Source of the DNA: Saccharolobus islandicus REY15A
Lineage (GTDB): Archaea; Thermoproteota; Thermoprotei_A; Sulfolobales; Sulfolobaceae
DNA length: 64,000 nt
Reading direction: 5' to 3' (one strand)
Assembly (NCBI RefSeq): GCF_000189555.1
Contig: NC_017276.1
Position 1 is the first letter of the stretch; each line of letters begins with the position of its first letter. Made by a program: the position numbers and the translations under genes. Under the pieces are notes generated by a model. That model worked only from the letters and a program-made list of their open reading frames with translations. It ran no database searches and was not told the DNA's origin. Shown one piece after another: positions 40,454 through 50,528 of this stretch.

Positions 40454-41263
40454 ATGCCCTATGCAGAAGAAATGGAAGTGAAAGCTAATAGATCTCAGTT
40501 ATTGTCGTTCTTTATAGACCCAGTGAGGTTTACTGGAATATTAGGTCATCTGATGATTGTCAATATATTTGATAAGAGTGAAAATAAATTTGTGACAATG
40601 GGTAGTCTAAAAAATCCAGAGAATAGGTTCAAAGTTCTCTATGTAATTGGAGATCCTGAATCACGAGTGACAATGTTCTCGGGTACAATGGAAGGACCTA
40701 TGCTTACATTTAATACTATTACATATAAAGGGGAAGGGGATAATGGGAAATTAACATGGAAGACAGATCTCATTTTGACAGAATTAGGTAGACTAACAAG
40801 AATAAAAGTGGTTGTTGATGTGAAGCAAAGCTTCGGTTTTCTAGATAAAGTCAGAATGGGAGATTTTGATTTTGCAACACATTTAGTAAAAGAGCACATA
40901 GCACCATTTCTAAGATTTTATTTCAAGCCTTCTATAAACGAAGAAACTCCAACCCTTAATGAGGTATTTAGATTTAGAGGAAGCGTTGAAGAGGTTATAT
41001 TGAAATTAAGGGAAGTTATGATAAATATTAAACAAGGAGGTATAATTATTCTTGGAGAAGATTATAATATAATGACATCAATTGTCAATGGAGAAGTTTC
41101 TCATGCACAGATAAATAACATGGATGTGAATGGAAATGAGGTATTCGCATATTTGCTTAAGGCTAGCGGAAATGTAGAATTAATCGCGTATGAGATTTCT
41201 TTAGATGATTTAATATTTAAGAACTTAAAAAAGAGACTGGAAGAAGTAAAAGCTAGATCATGA
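40454..41263 (+). CDS. Hypothetical protein with an N-terminal START/SRPBCC-like fold
   Basis: R..LL.FF.DP....GILGH pattern and a beta-rich core resembling Sulfolobales START-like lipid-binding proteins; tentative. Confidence 0.5.
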   Translation: MPYAEEMEVKANRSQLLSFFIDPVRFTGILGHLMIVNIFDKSENKFVTMGSLKNPENRFKVLYVIGDPESRVTMFSGTMEGPMLTFNTITYKGEGDNGKLTWKTDLILTELGRLTRIKVVVDVKQSFGFLDKVRMGDFDFATHLVKEHIAPFLRFYFKPSINEETPTLNEVFRFRGSVEEVILKLREVMINIKQGGIIILGEDYNIMTSIVNGEVSHAQINNMDVNGNEVFAYLLKASGNVELIAYEISLDDLIFKNLKKRLEEVKARS

Positions 41264-42298
41264 TGTTTTTTGTGTAATTCTACAAGATGCTGAGCTACTT
41301 ATTAATCTAGGTGCAATCTGTTCTGTGATTAAATATACCTCATAATCCCTTTCTTTGGACAAGTATTCAACGTTAGCTTCAGAGAAAACTAAAATGTCAA
41401 ATCCCTGCTTACTAATTATGTAAATTTCATCATTATTGACAATGTCCGTAGGTACTACATTTCCTATCTCCTTTATCATTTCAATTTCGTAGGTCCCAGT
41501 TCTATCAACTACCCTAAATGTTTTAGAATAGTTTGAGCTAGATATCAATACGTAAATATCTTTCCCGAATCCCTCTTTAGCTAAATTCTCATACGCTTTT
41601 AGAACATCGAGTAGAATATTTCCAGAAATATTCCAATCAGATGCGGTTATTTGCGAGCCCATTTTTAGAGGGGATAACGGATGATTCTTTAGCAATAGTT
41701 GATTCTCTGTCTTAGCAAAAGATTTACCAGCCACTATAGCTGTCCTTCTTGAATCGTTCTTCTGACCCGAATAAAATTTAACTTGAGAACTAATTAATGG
41801 AACTTCATATAGTGTCACACTTTTGCTTTGAACCGTATCACCCGAATCTTCTTTTACTTCTGAAAAAGGTACAGTAGTAGATTCATATTTTATCATATTT
41901 CCTATATTTCTTACTACTCTATTTGACATAATTCCCTCAATTATCCAGCTCACTATAGGGTCTTTACGACTCTCGCTAGGTGTGGGCTGAATTAAAGGAA
42001 AATCCTTACTTTCTCCAATTAGTTTGGAGGCTTCTTCCCATCCCTTTTTAAAATAACTGAAATCCTCTGGAGAAAGTTGGTATAGCAATCTTAGGAATTC
42101 CCCAAAATGAGTCATCTCCTCCCTAGTTATATCCTCATGTACTTTTCTTAACTTCTCGTCATCTATATATTTATTTTGTTGTAAATAAAAGTTTATAGCA
42201 TCGATCTCAGCAGCTATCGCATTTCTTATAGCTCTGACAGCTTCCTCTTTGTCAAATTTTTCTTTTCTAGTTAAAGTAGAGGGGTCATTAGAGAACAA
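41258..42298 (-). CDS. Family 1 encapsulin shell protein with N-terminal ferritin-like (Flp) fusion
   Basis: N-terminal AIAAEIDAINFY...EE..H.GE ferroxidase motifs followed by a roughly 240-aa HK97/linocin-like domain (EVPLISSQVKF, E..LL). Confidence 0.82.
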   Translation of the reverse strand: MFSNDPSTLTRKEKFDKEEAVRAIRNAIAAEIDAINFYLQQNKYIDDEKLRKVHEDITREEMTHFGEFLRLLYQLSPEDFSYFKKGWEEASKLIGESKDFPLIQPTPSESRKDPIVSWIIEGIMSNRVVRNIGNMIKYESTTVPFSEVKEDSGDTVQSKSVTLYEVPLISSQVKFYSGQKNDSRRTAIVAGKSFAKTENQLLLKNHPLSPLKMGSQITASDWNISGNILLDVLKAYENLAKEGFGKDIYVLISSSNYSKTFRVVDRTGTYEIEMIKEIGNVVPTDIVNNDEIYIISKQGFDILVFSEANVEYLSKERDYEVYLITEQIAPRLISSSASCRITQKTS

Positions 42299-42372
42299 AG
42301 ACTTAACACCCTTATATTTTATAATACTATATATAAAAATTATGATGCCTCCTTAAGTTTTCTCTTATCATA

Positions 42373-42406
42373 CTAAATTCCTCTTACTCTAAAGGGCGAG
42401 GCTTTC
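42373..42406 (-). repeat. IS200/IS605-end-like palindromic repeat copy
   Basis: Minus strand reads gaaagcctcgccctttagagtaagaggaatttag; it encodes the last residues (ESLAL*) of the upstream ATPase. Confidence 0.6.
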
Positions 42407-43738
42407 TGTCTCATTCCTTGTAAACGTTTGATATTGATCAAAAAGGATCTTTATTCTCTCTTCTAACAGAAATATGTCACCATTTAATATTTTTACAACT
42501 TCTAGTGTAGGAATATTTAGGACATATATGTCATTAATATTAATATTGATATTAGTTATTATGAATCTACCCCTAACCTTATATATTTTCTTCTCATGTT
42601 CAACTTCCTCAACTTTACTTAACAATTTCAATTCCTCCTCATTATGTAATCTTCCGTCATTTGAGAATACTACATCTCCTAAGAATACTTGATTATCTGC
42701 AATGAAGAACAAACCCACTACTAGACTCTTTCCGTCAATTTCTATTCTCTTTCCTCTTGGATGAACGTAGCTTATCCCAAACTCTTTACTTATATTACTT
42801 AGTAAATCCCTAACCTTCTTTTCAAATTCCTTAGCATCATCTTCCGGATTCCTCAAGCTAGTGTATTTCCTTAATTCGTTTCTAATACACTCCACGTCAT
42901 TTTTCTCGCAAACTTTTTCAACTTTATCCATTTCATTTCGTATAAATTGTAATATTGAACTCACATTGGTTATCTCCTTACTACTCCACAATGTAATAAT
43001 TATGGGTAAAATATCCTCTCCTAGATCCTTACAATACGCCTCAACAATTTCCTTTATGTCCTCAGTTGTTAAGGCGTCATCAAGGGGAATTCTGCTCTCC
43101 TCAATCCTCCTTCTTATTGCTAGGTCAGAAATCTTGCTGTAAGCTTCAGTAGGCATTGCCATAACTATTGGTATCTCGAGCCCTGCATTGATTAGTCTGT
43201 GTATTAGGCTTAAGTGATAGTCCCTTATTTCATCAACTAGTAAGACTGGCTTACCCAAATTCTTCATATCTCTTAACGCATTTATCATTCCATCAAAATT
43301 CCTTTCGTAGTTAAAACAGTAAACCCTCAAAAAGGGATTGTTGTATTTATTACAAATCTTCAATAACCAATCCTCAAATTTAACTCCAGTTATTTTTTTC
43401 CAAAACGAATATCCAAGCTTCCCCTTTACCTTTTGCAATTCGGGTAGAACCTTTTCCCTCAATTCGAACTGATTAATCTTGGTCCAAAATTCCTCATCTA
43501 TACTTTGCTTATTAGCTAAGTCTAGATAAATCGTTAAGTTATTACTTTTCGTTATTTCCTCTATTTTCTTAAGCAATGTAGTCTTTCCCATTCCTGGCTG
43601 TCCAACTACTGATGCTACTTCGTTATTTCTTACCACATCCAATGCCTTTTCCAGGTACTTCCTATAAGTTGGACCTACTAATATGACACTTTTAGATGAC
43701 CAGGTGGTTACAGTTACTCTAGGTATTTCACAAACCAT
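42389..43738 (-). CDS. P-loop ATPase (STAND/AAA-like) with a degenerate nuclease-like C-terminal domain
   Basis: Walker A GQPGMGKT, Walker B VLLVDE; C-terminal EFEKKV...GLF...GDVVFS resembles a PD-(D/E)xK fold lacking canonical residues. Confidence 0.75.
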   Translation of the reverse strand: MVCEIPRVTVTTWSSKSVILVGPTYRKYLEKALDVVRNNEVASVVGQPGMGKTTLLKKIEEITKSNNLTIYLDLANKQSIDEEFWTKINQFELREKVLPELQKVKGKLGYSFWKKITGVKFEDWLLKICNKYNNPFLRVYCFNYERNFDGMINALRDMKNLGKPVLLVDEIRDYHLSLIHRLINAGLEIPIVMAMPTEAYSKISDLAIRRRIEESRIPLDDALTTEDIKEIVEAYCKDLGEDILPIIITLWSSKEITNVSSILQFIRNEMDKVEKVCEKNDVECIRNELRKYTSLRNPEDDAKEFEKKVRDLLSNISKEFGISYVHPRGKRIEIDGKSLVVGLFFIADNQVFLGDVVFSNDGRLHNEEELKLLSKVEEVEHEKKIYKVRGRFIITNINININDIYVLNIPTLEVVKILNGDIFLLEERIKILFDQYQTFTRNETESLAL

Positions 43739-43740
43739 GT

Positions 43741-44241
43741 TTATCTCCTTCTTTTAATTATTCCGTAAGTCACGCCCTTTCTCGTAAATCCCTCATCTCC
43801 TCCTGCTATCAAATCATAATTTTCCTCTATGTATTTTCTAAATTTCGAGTAGAATTCTTCCTTAGAAAGTCCGAGTTCTATCCTTATTCTCTCTAAAGGC
43901 GCATATCCTAAAGAATCCTTTATCCTATCATAAGCTTCATCAAAATCCTTATATGAAAAACTCTTTGATTCTATTAATTTCTGTAATAAATCGAGCATTC
44001 TATGAATCTCATCCCTTAATATTTTCAACTCCTCTGCTACGTTTAAACTATCTATTGGCTCAAAACTAACTTTACCCTTATTTTCAACTCTTCTTATTTT
44101 TCTCTCTTTCTCTAATTCCTCAAGTACTTGTGTGATGCTTTCGTCCTTAAATTTTCTCTTAATCTTGGATATTGAAACGGGCTTCTGTGAGTTTTTATAC
44201 TCATTCAGTATAAGAGTAAAAACGTCATCCTTACTGATCAT
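43741..44241 (-). CDS. wHTH - coiled coil - wHTH hypothetical protein
   Basis: N-terminal PVSISKIKRKF...VLEELEKERKIRR winged-helix pattern, central heptads, C-terminal basic domain; ends 2 nt before the ATPase ATG. Confidence 0.65.
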   Translation of the reverse strand: MISKDDVFTLILNEYKNSQKPVSISKIKRKFKDESITQVLEELEKERKIRRVENKGKVSFEPIDSLNVAEELKILRDEIHRMLDLLQKLIESKSFSYKDFDEAYDRIKDSLGYAPLERIRIELGLSKEEFYSKFRKYIEENYDLIAGGDEGFTRKGVTYGIIKRRR

Positions 44242-44559
44242 GGTAATGGTTTTAGTTCCAAAAGGTTCATAAGCCTTACAGCCCTTAATACTAGCTTTAA
44301 ACGCTTAAAAAGATATAAGCAAAAAGTGGTCATAATTTCCTTCCATCCTTTTCCCCAATCCTTCACCTTTAGGCTCTAACGGATGAAGAATATAGTGTAT
44401 GTTCTTCTCGACGTCTTAAATTATATATGTACTCAAACCAAAACCTTAATACCATCAGCTAGAGGCTTTTGAGAAAAAATTATTGGTTTAGCCAGTGATT
44501 CAGAGAGGTCTCTGAAGAATAAAAATTTTGTATTCTCATTATAATCTTATCTTCTACCA

Positions 44560-45093
44560 TTATCCCAAAAGATATTTTCTTACAAATATTTTTATGTCCT
44601 TAACTTTTCTTAGAGATTTTAAATTTGCTACAATACTATCAACTTTTGTACTATCCTTTTTTCCTATATTTATGCTTTCAGCCTCACTTATGCCTAACTG
44701 ACTTAAATAGTATAGTCTATCCTTTTTTAGGATCAGACCCCTTTTTGATAAGTTATGTAAACGAGAATCTATTCTTGGACTATATATAAAGTATCTTCTA
44801 TTCCATTTAATTGAGAAAATTGGATTCTGCACGTTGTAATGTCTAGATAAATAATCGTAAAGTAGAAATGAAAGTACGAAAAGCCTAGTCTTGTCAGCTC
44901 CTTCACCATATTTATATATTGTAAATAACGTTAGTGAATCAACAGTCATGTGATAAACTACCTCCTGTTCTCTACATAACTTTTCTACGTTACTTTCCGC
45001 TACCGACTTCAAAATATAATAAAGGGAAGTCCAAGATCCATATATTTCAATCTCATCCAAAGCCTCCTTCAAAAGTTGTTGTAATCTATTCAT
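44560..45093 (-). CDS. Hypothetical protein with a YwgA/SocA-like winged helix
   Basis: IYSPRIDSRLHNLSKRGLI...YYLS..G; TAATG overlap with the GH15 stop. Confidence 0.55.
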   Translation of the reverse strand: MNRLQQLLKEALDEIEIYGSWTSLYYILKSVAESNVEKLCREQEVVYHMTVDSLTLFTIYKYGEGADKTRLFVLSFLLYDYLSRHYNVQNPIFSIKWNRRYFIYSPRIDSRLHNLSKRGLILKKDRLYYLSQLGISEAESINIGKKDSTKVDSIVANLKSLRKVKDIKIFVRKYLLG

Positions 45094-46847
45094 TAAACTA
45101 GCCTCTCCTCTAATTCTACTATGGTCATTACCAGTCCTGCATGGGGAAATGCTTGAGGAAAGTTCCCCCTAGGTTCACAAGTATTTTGATCTAGGTGTTC
45201 AGCGAGTAATAATGACGATGTAGAACAATTTATTAGTTTCTCAATTACTTTTTTCGCCTTGCCTATTTCTCCTAACCTAATATAAACCCTGGTTAGCCAT
45301 GTCGATACTAAGGTAAAAGGATGCTTCGCACTCCCCATAAAGTCATCCTTATATCTTAATAAAAAACCATCTGAAATCATTAAATCTTTCTCGATTTTTT
45401 CATGTGTCTTTAAAAATCTAGGATCTTTAGCATCTATAAAGTCGTATAATGGTAAGGTAAGCAATGCAGAATCCACTGAATCACTTCCGTAATACCTCGT
45501 AAAGTAACCAAGTTTTTCTGAGTATCCATTATCAAGAACGTCCTTTCTAATTTCTTCGGCGGTACTAATCCACTCCTCAGCCTCGTTCTTATATCCTAAT
45601 TCCTTTGCGAGTTTACTAGCCCTATCAAGTGCTACCCAATTCATAACTTTAGTATGTGTGAAATGTTCCTCTACCCCTCTTTGCTCCCATAAATCAGTAC
45701 TTTTCCATTTCCAACTCTTCTTGGTCCATTCAGCTATTGCCTCTATAGCCCACCATATTTCGTTAACATATTTCGAATCTTTACTGGTATTGTAATATTC
45801 ATATAATGCATTCATATAGGCACCTTCAACGTCCATTTGTATTTGCATATAAGCTGCATTTCCAACTCTAACTGGAAACGATTTCTTATGGCCCTCGAGC
45901 CAATCCAGAATTTCCTCTGCAGGTGGTGCAGTTCCATCTATTGTGTAAAGCGGATGATCAAAACTCTTAGATGATGGATCTACCATTGCAGTTAGAAAGC
46001 TTATTATATCCCTAGCCTTTACTAGCAATCCTGCCTTTATTAATGCTTCAGCTGAATATGACGCATCTCTAATCCAAACATATCTATAATCCCAATTTCT
46101 TGACCCACCAATTATCTCTGGAAGAGAAGTAGTTGGAGCTGCTATAATTCCTCCAGACGGTTCATAAATTAAGCCAAGAAGTACCAGCAATGACCTATAA
46201 TACGCGTCCCTATATATGTTAACCTTTTTAGCGTTCTCTAACCTTCCTTTCCAATATTTTATAGCCTTGTTTAAGGCTTCATATGGTTCGGAATAGACAA
46301 AGCCCTTATTACTGAATAGACCATATCGTAAATCCTTGGAGTAAAGTAAGTATATATAACCTTTACCTTTCTTCAACGTGAACTCAGTATTGTCAAGGGG
46401 TACATATTCACCTCCTATCAGTATTTCTATACCTTCTTTAGATTTAGGATTTCTAAATATTAAGCCCCTTCTAGCTTTAATTATAGCTGGTGTTACAAGG
46501 CCATATTCAAAAAATGGCTTTATATCTACTTTTAAATCTATTTCACTCTCATATATTCGTATAATTCCCGATAATGATAAGGGTAGGAAGTCTAATATTT
46601 CAGCCTTACCTTTCTCACTTTTGAATACAGTCCTTAAAATCAATGTATTTTCAACATAATCTTCATGGATTATGTCGTATTTTTCATCTGCTGGCCTTAT
46701 ACTGAAATATCCTCCTCTTTCTTCATCCAAAATTCTTGTGAAAATTGATGAAGAATCAAATTTAGGTAATGGTAACCATTCAACACTACCGTTTTTTATT
46801 AAAGCTGACGTAATGCCATTGGAAAGAAATTCGTAGTATCTTATCAC
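45093..46847 (-). CDS. GH15 glycoside hydrolase (trehalase-like), second paralog
   Basis: AAPTTSLPE..GG.RNWDYRYVWIRD, DLWEQRG, LAEHLD, GNFPQAFPH. Confidence 0.9.
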   Translation of the reverse strand: MIRYYEFLSNGITSALIKNGSVEWLPLPKFDSSSIFTRILDEERGGYFSIRPADEKYDIIHEDYVENTLILRTVFKSEKGKAEILDFLPLSLSGIIRIYESEIDLKVDIKPFFEYGLVTPAIIKARRGLIFRNPKSKEGIEILIGGEYVPLDNTEFTLKKGKGYIYLLYSKDLRYGLFSNKGFVYSEPYEALNKAIKYWKGRLENAKKVNIYRDAYYRSLLVLLGLIYEPSGGIIAAPTTSLPEIIGGSRNWDYRYVWIRDASYSAEALIKAGLLVKARDIISFLTAMVDPSSKSFDHPLYTIDGTAPPAEEILDWLEGHKKSFPVRVGNAAYMQIQMDVEGAYMNALYEYYNTSKDSKYVNEIWWAIEAIAEWTKKSWKWKSTDLWEQRGVEEHFTHTKVMNWVALDRASKLAKELGYKNEAEEWISTAEEIRKDVLDNGYSEKLGYFTRYYGSDSVDSALLTLPLYDFIDAKDPRFLKTHEKIEKDLMISDGFLLRYKDDFMGSAKHPFTLVSTWLTRVYIRLGEIGKAKKVIEKLINCSTSSLLLAEHLDQNTCEPRGNFPQAFPHAGLVMTIVELEERLV

Positions 46848-46990
46848 GCGAATAGTAGAGAGTTTGTCCTAAAAAATTTTAGTCTTAAGTGTTAATAGTT
46901 GAATGTCTAATGGTAAAACATTAGCAAATTTTCATTCGCTAATAACAATAGATGCTTTATTTTATCCCTATTAAAATGATGGGCACAGAA

Positions 46991-47025
46991 CTGACTTTTC
47001 CCCACCACCCTAAAGGGTTTCGGTT
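46991..47025 (-). repeat. IS200/IS605-end-like palindromic repeat copy
   Basis: Plus strand ctgacttttccccaccaccctaaagggtttcgg; minus strand ends ...ggggaaaagtcag; lies in the GH15/GT4 divergent intergenic region. Confidence 0.5.
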
Positions 47026-47057
47026 TTAATATTTTTAAGGTTCTCTCAATAAGGCTG

Positions 47058-48455
47058 ATGAACACAATAGATATAAATTTGTATATTGATTTGCCCTTAT
47101 TTCAAGATAAACATAAATGGATAAATGTGGAAAAGAATAGTATGTATAGCGTTGCTATTAATACTCAAACACCACCAATAAGATTTACATTAACATACAG
47201 AGATTTATTGGAAAAGTATGGCTATCTGGAGCCTCCAATAGATCTTGGTTTATTAAGTAATGAGGATTATCACACTTCAGTTGGTGGAGTTGCGAAAATG
47301 ATGTTGAGTCTCATAAACGCTAATGCCTTCTCGAAATCTAGATGGGTCTCATTAGGACCAGGTTACCCTCCATCGGTAAAAATGACTAGTACTGAAGTTC
47401 ATTTCGTAGATATAGAAGCTAAATCTTTAGTGAATTATACTAGATTTAAAGAGGGTCTATATAATGAAGCTCACGGACTAGGTAAATATGAACTTGTAGG
47501 AGAAGAGTATATAGCTTATGCAAATTATAATTGGCTTTCAGCTCAGAAATTATTGGAATTTTATAAAGACACAGATATCTATTTTATAAATGACTTTCAA
47601 CAGTTATTGGTAGGGGGAATAATTGGACCTTCTGCTCCAGCGGTTTTATGGTATCATATACCCTTTGTTCCAGAGAATTTAAGCAAAAAATTAAGGGAAT
47701 TTCTGATTAAAGCATTTGAGAGCTTCGATCTAGTGATCTTAAGCACAAAAAGGGATCTGGAAGGTCTAGTAAGAACTGGAGCTAAAGTCAAAGTTAAACA
47801 AATTTACCCATTCATAGACCCTTCAGATTATAAGACAGTTGGAAAGAAGGAGATTCAATACGTCGAGGATAAGTATGGATTTAAGGGTGATGATAAGGTA
47901 GTTTTAGTTGTTGCGAGAATGGATCCAATGAAAAGTCAAGACTTGGCGATATCCGCAATAAAGAATGTTGACGCTAAATTAGTATTAGCTGGGGATGGTA
48001 GTTTTACCAGTAGGACTCTGGGGCATGATAAGGGAAGTATGTGGGTAAGTAGGTTAAAGGAATTAGCGAGGAGCTTAGGAGTACAGAATAAGGTCGTATT
48101 TACCGGCTATGTGCCAGATGATGAATTATTTGCACTTTATCAAAGGGCTAACGTGGTTCTTTTACCTTCTAGGATAGAGGGATTTGGGCTAGCAGTATGT
48201 GAAGGTTGGGTTTACGGAAAACCAGCAGTCGTAAGTAGTGGTACTGGGGTTAGTGAACTAATTATAGAGGGAGGAAATGGTTTCGTATTTAAATCCGGAA
48301 ATGTTGAAGAATTGGCTGAAAAACTAAAGTTAGCACTAAAGGATGAGAAGGTTGGATCACTAGGACGAGAAACCGTTAAGAAGTGCTCAGTGAACAATGC
48401 TGTAAATGAACTGAGGGAAGCATTTGACCTAGCGTCTGAAGAGTATAAGAAATAA
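47058..48455 (+). CDS. GT4 (GT-B) glycosyltransferase, possibly trehalose-related
   Basis: [39 protein letters not shown]; divergent from a GH15 gene. Confidence 0.82.
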   Translation: MNTIDINLYIDLPLFQDKHKWINVEKNSMYSVAINTQTPPIRFTLTYRDLLEKYGYLEPPIDLGLLSNEDYHTSVGGVAKMMLSLINANAFSKSRWVSLGPGYPPSVKMTSTEVHFVDIEAKSLVNYTRFKEGLYNEAHGLGKYELVGEEYIAYANYNWLSAQKLLEFYKDTDIYFINDFQQLLVGGIIGPSAPAVLWYHIPFVPENLSKKLREFLIKAFESFDLVILSTKRDLEGLVRTGAKVKVKQIYPFIDPSDYKTVGKKEIQYVEDKYGFKGDDKVVLVVARMDPMKSQDLAISAIKNVDAKLVLAGDGSFTSRTLGHDKGSMWVSRLKELARSLGVQNKVVFTGYVPDDELFALYQRANVVLLPSRIEGFGLAVCEGWVYGKPAVVSSGTGVSELIIEGGNGFVFKSGNVEELAEKLKLALKDEKVGSLGRETVKKCSVNNAVNELREAFDLASEEYKK

Positions 48456-48457
48456 CG

Positions 48458-49357
48458 TTACTGATTATCGAGCATGGATTTTAACTTCTCCCACACGTTA
48501 TCTATATATTGCTCTAAAATCTTTATTTGATCCTCTGTCAATCTCTTGAATCTTCCTTGAACACTCAGAAAGTCTCTTATAGGTCTTCTAGTTCTTCTGT
48601 CAAGACAATGTAAACTTTCTGAACTAATGCTTAATTTTCCATTATAGTATTCAAAGAGGGGCCAATAGCAAGTCTGTACTGCCAATTTTGCCACTTCAGC
48701 AGTTTTTGAAGGATCAAATAACCAACCGTAAGGATCAGGAGTTAGGACGTGAATATATTTGAAACCTTCGACTTGCTTGGCTTTCTTTAACTTCTCTATA
48801 TAATCATGTGGATATCCTACAGATGCAGTAGCCACATAAGGTACGTTATGCGCTATCATTAATAATGGCAAGTTTTTCTTATTTTCCTTTTTTCCCTCTG
48901 GAGTAGTAGTAGTAATTGCTCCAAAGGGAGTTGAGCCACTTCTCTGCCCTCCACTATTCATATAGGCCTCGTTATCCACAGTAAGGTAGAGTATATTATC
49001 ATTTCTCTCAGCAGCTCCGCTTAATGATGCAAATCCTATATCAGCACTTCCTCCATCTCCAGCCCAAACCACTACAGTGACATTCTTACCTCTTTGTTTA
49101 TACGCTCTAGCCAAACCAGCAGCCGTAGCTGGACCAGCCGCAAAGGCAACGTTCACAGTAGGCAAGTTGTAAGCATTATAAGGCGCATTTCCTTGTATTA
49201 CTGAGGAACATCCCGCAACTACTACTAGAACCATATCTTTACCTAGTCCCATTCCTAGCATTCTCATTGCCATATTCTCTGGGCAGCCGGGACAAGCTGA
49301 AGTCCCGGATAAGATACCATTATGCTTATTCAATATCTCTCGGAGTCCTAAACTCAA
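48458..49357 (-). CDS. porB: 2-oxoacid:ferredoxin oxidoreductase beta subunit (TPP-binding)
   Basis: ACPGCP, AGCSSV, WAGDGG..DIG, DNEAYMNSGGQRS. Confidence 0.9.
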   Translation of the reverse strand: MSLGLREILNKHNGILSGTSACPGCPENMAMRMLGMGLGKDMVLVVVAGCSSVIQGNAPYNAYNLPTVNVAFAAGPATAAGLARAYKQRGKNVTVVVWAGDGGSADIGFASLSGAAERNDNILYLTVDNEAYMNSGGQRSGSTPFGAITTTTPEGKKENKKNLPLLMIAHNVPYVATASVGYPHDYIEKLKKAKQVEGFKYIHVLTPDPYGWLFDPSKTAEVAKLAVQTCYWPLFEYYNGKLSISSESLHCLDRRTRRPIRDFLSVQGRFKRLTEDQIKILEQYIDNVWEKLKSMLDNQ

Positions 49358-50528
49358 TCTTCCCCACCTCCTTTGGATAATACCAAATTACGTCATCCTT
49401 TAAGCCTTCTACAAACTTGTTAAATATATACAATAGCTCGCTCTTGTTAACTGTAACACCTCCCAACCCACTCACTACACCTTTTACCTGTGGTACAATG
49501 TCCGATATTGTGGACTTTACTTCAACGTAAAGTGGTCCTCCACCCCTACCAAAACTCGTACTTCTATCTAACACTAGAACAGCCCTTTTATCCTTCAACG
49601 CATTTCTTATCTCCTTCTCACTCCAAGGTCTAAGATACCTTATTCTTAACATGCCTATTTTTATCCCCTTCTCCCTTAATGTATCTACAGCCTCCATGGC
49701 ATCTCCTGCCCAAGCTCCCATTAAAACTATTGCGTAATCCGCATCTTCTAGTTTATACGACACATTTAGTGTGGAGTAATCTCCTAATGGATTAATTTTC
49801 TTATTATATTCTCTTCCTATTTCTTTTATTATATTCTCTGAATTTCTAAGTGCTAAATCTATTGATTCCCTTAGTCTCATATAGCCCTCCGGAGGGAATA
49901 TGTTACCCATACCTATTGGGTCCTCTGGATCTATCACATATGGCTGTCTCCTTGGAGGTAAGAATTCGTCTACTTGATCTTGATCGGGTATTAGCACATT
50001 AGTCTTAGTATGCGAAAGGATGAATCCATCCATACCGACCATCATTGGTAAGAATACTCTCTCATCCTCTGAAATCCTAAACGCTTGTAAAGTTAGATCT
50101 AATGCTTCTTGCGGATTGGATGCAAAAGCCATTATCCATCCACTATCCCTCTCACTTGTAAAGTCGGTATGCTCATTCCAAATGTTCCAAGGAGCTCCTA
50201 CTGCTCTAGTACCTACAACCATTACTACTGGTACTCTACTCCCAGCCACCCACCAAATCATTTCGTGCATGTAAAGCAGGCCTTGCGATGCGGTAGCAGT
50301 AAAAGCCCTAACACCACCTAAAGCAGCACCGAACGTTGCAGCCATTGCCGAGTGCTCACTTTCAACTCTCACTATTTCGGTTTCAATTTCACCTTTAGCT
50401 CTCATCTCAGCTAATTTCTCAATTATCGTAGTTTGTGGCGTTATTGGGTATATTCCTGTAACTCCTACTCTCGCTAGTTTCACACCTAACGCAACAGCTT
50501 CATTTCCAGAAATAATCTTTCTAATCAT
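49326..50528 (-). CDS. porA: 2-oxoacid:ferredoxin oxidoreductase alpha subunit
   Basis: YPITPQT, ESEHSAM, TASQGL, DGFILSHT. Confidence 0.9.
   Translation of the reverse strand: MIRKIISGNEAVALGVKLARVGVTGIYPITPQTTIIEKLAEMRAKGEIETEIVRVESEHSAMAATFGAALGGVRAFTATASQGLLYMHEMIWWVAGSRVPVVMVVGTRAVGAPWNIWNEHTDFTSERDSGWIMAFASNPQEALDLTLQAFRISEDERVFLPMMVGMDGFILSHTKTNVLIPDQDQVDEFLPPRRQPYVIDPEDPIGMGNIFPPEGYMRLRESIDLALRNSENIIKEIGREYNKKINPLGDYSTLNVSYKLEDADYAIVLMGAWAGDAMEAVDTLREKGIKIGMLRIRYLRPWSEKEIRNALKDKRAVLVLDRSTSFGRGGGPLYVEVKSTISDIVPQVKGVVSGLGGVTVNKSELLYIFNKFVEGLKDDVIWYYPKEVGKIEFRTPRDIE

Noticed and set aside
42389-43738. Orc1/Cdc6 or CdvC/Vps4
   Set aside because: Lacks the Cdc6 sensor and C-terminal wHTH arrangement, and lacks the MIT domain and AAA second region of homology.
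41258-44241. Provirus (HK97-fold capsid plus packaging ATPase)
   Set aside because: No integrase, att sites, portal or terminase nuclease; the ferritin-like fusion identifies an encapsulin; composition matches the host.
44245-44555. Hidden gene or transposase fragment in the 320-bp gap
   Set aside because: Only short ORFs of about 30 aa or less were found, with no recognisable motif or TIR.
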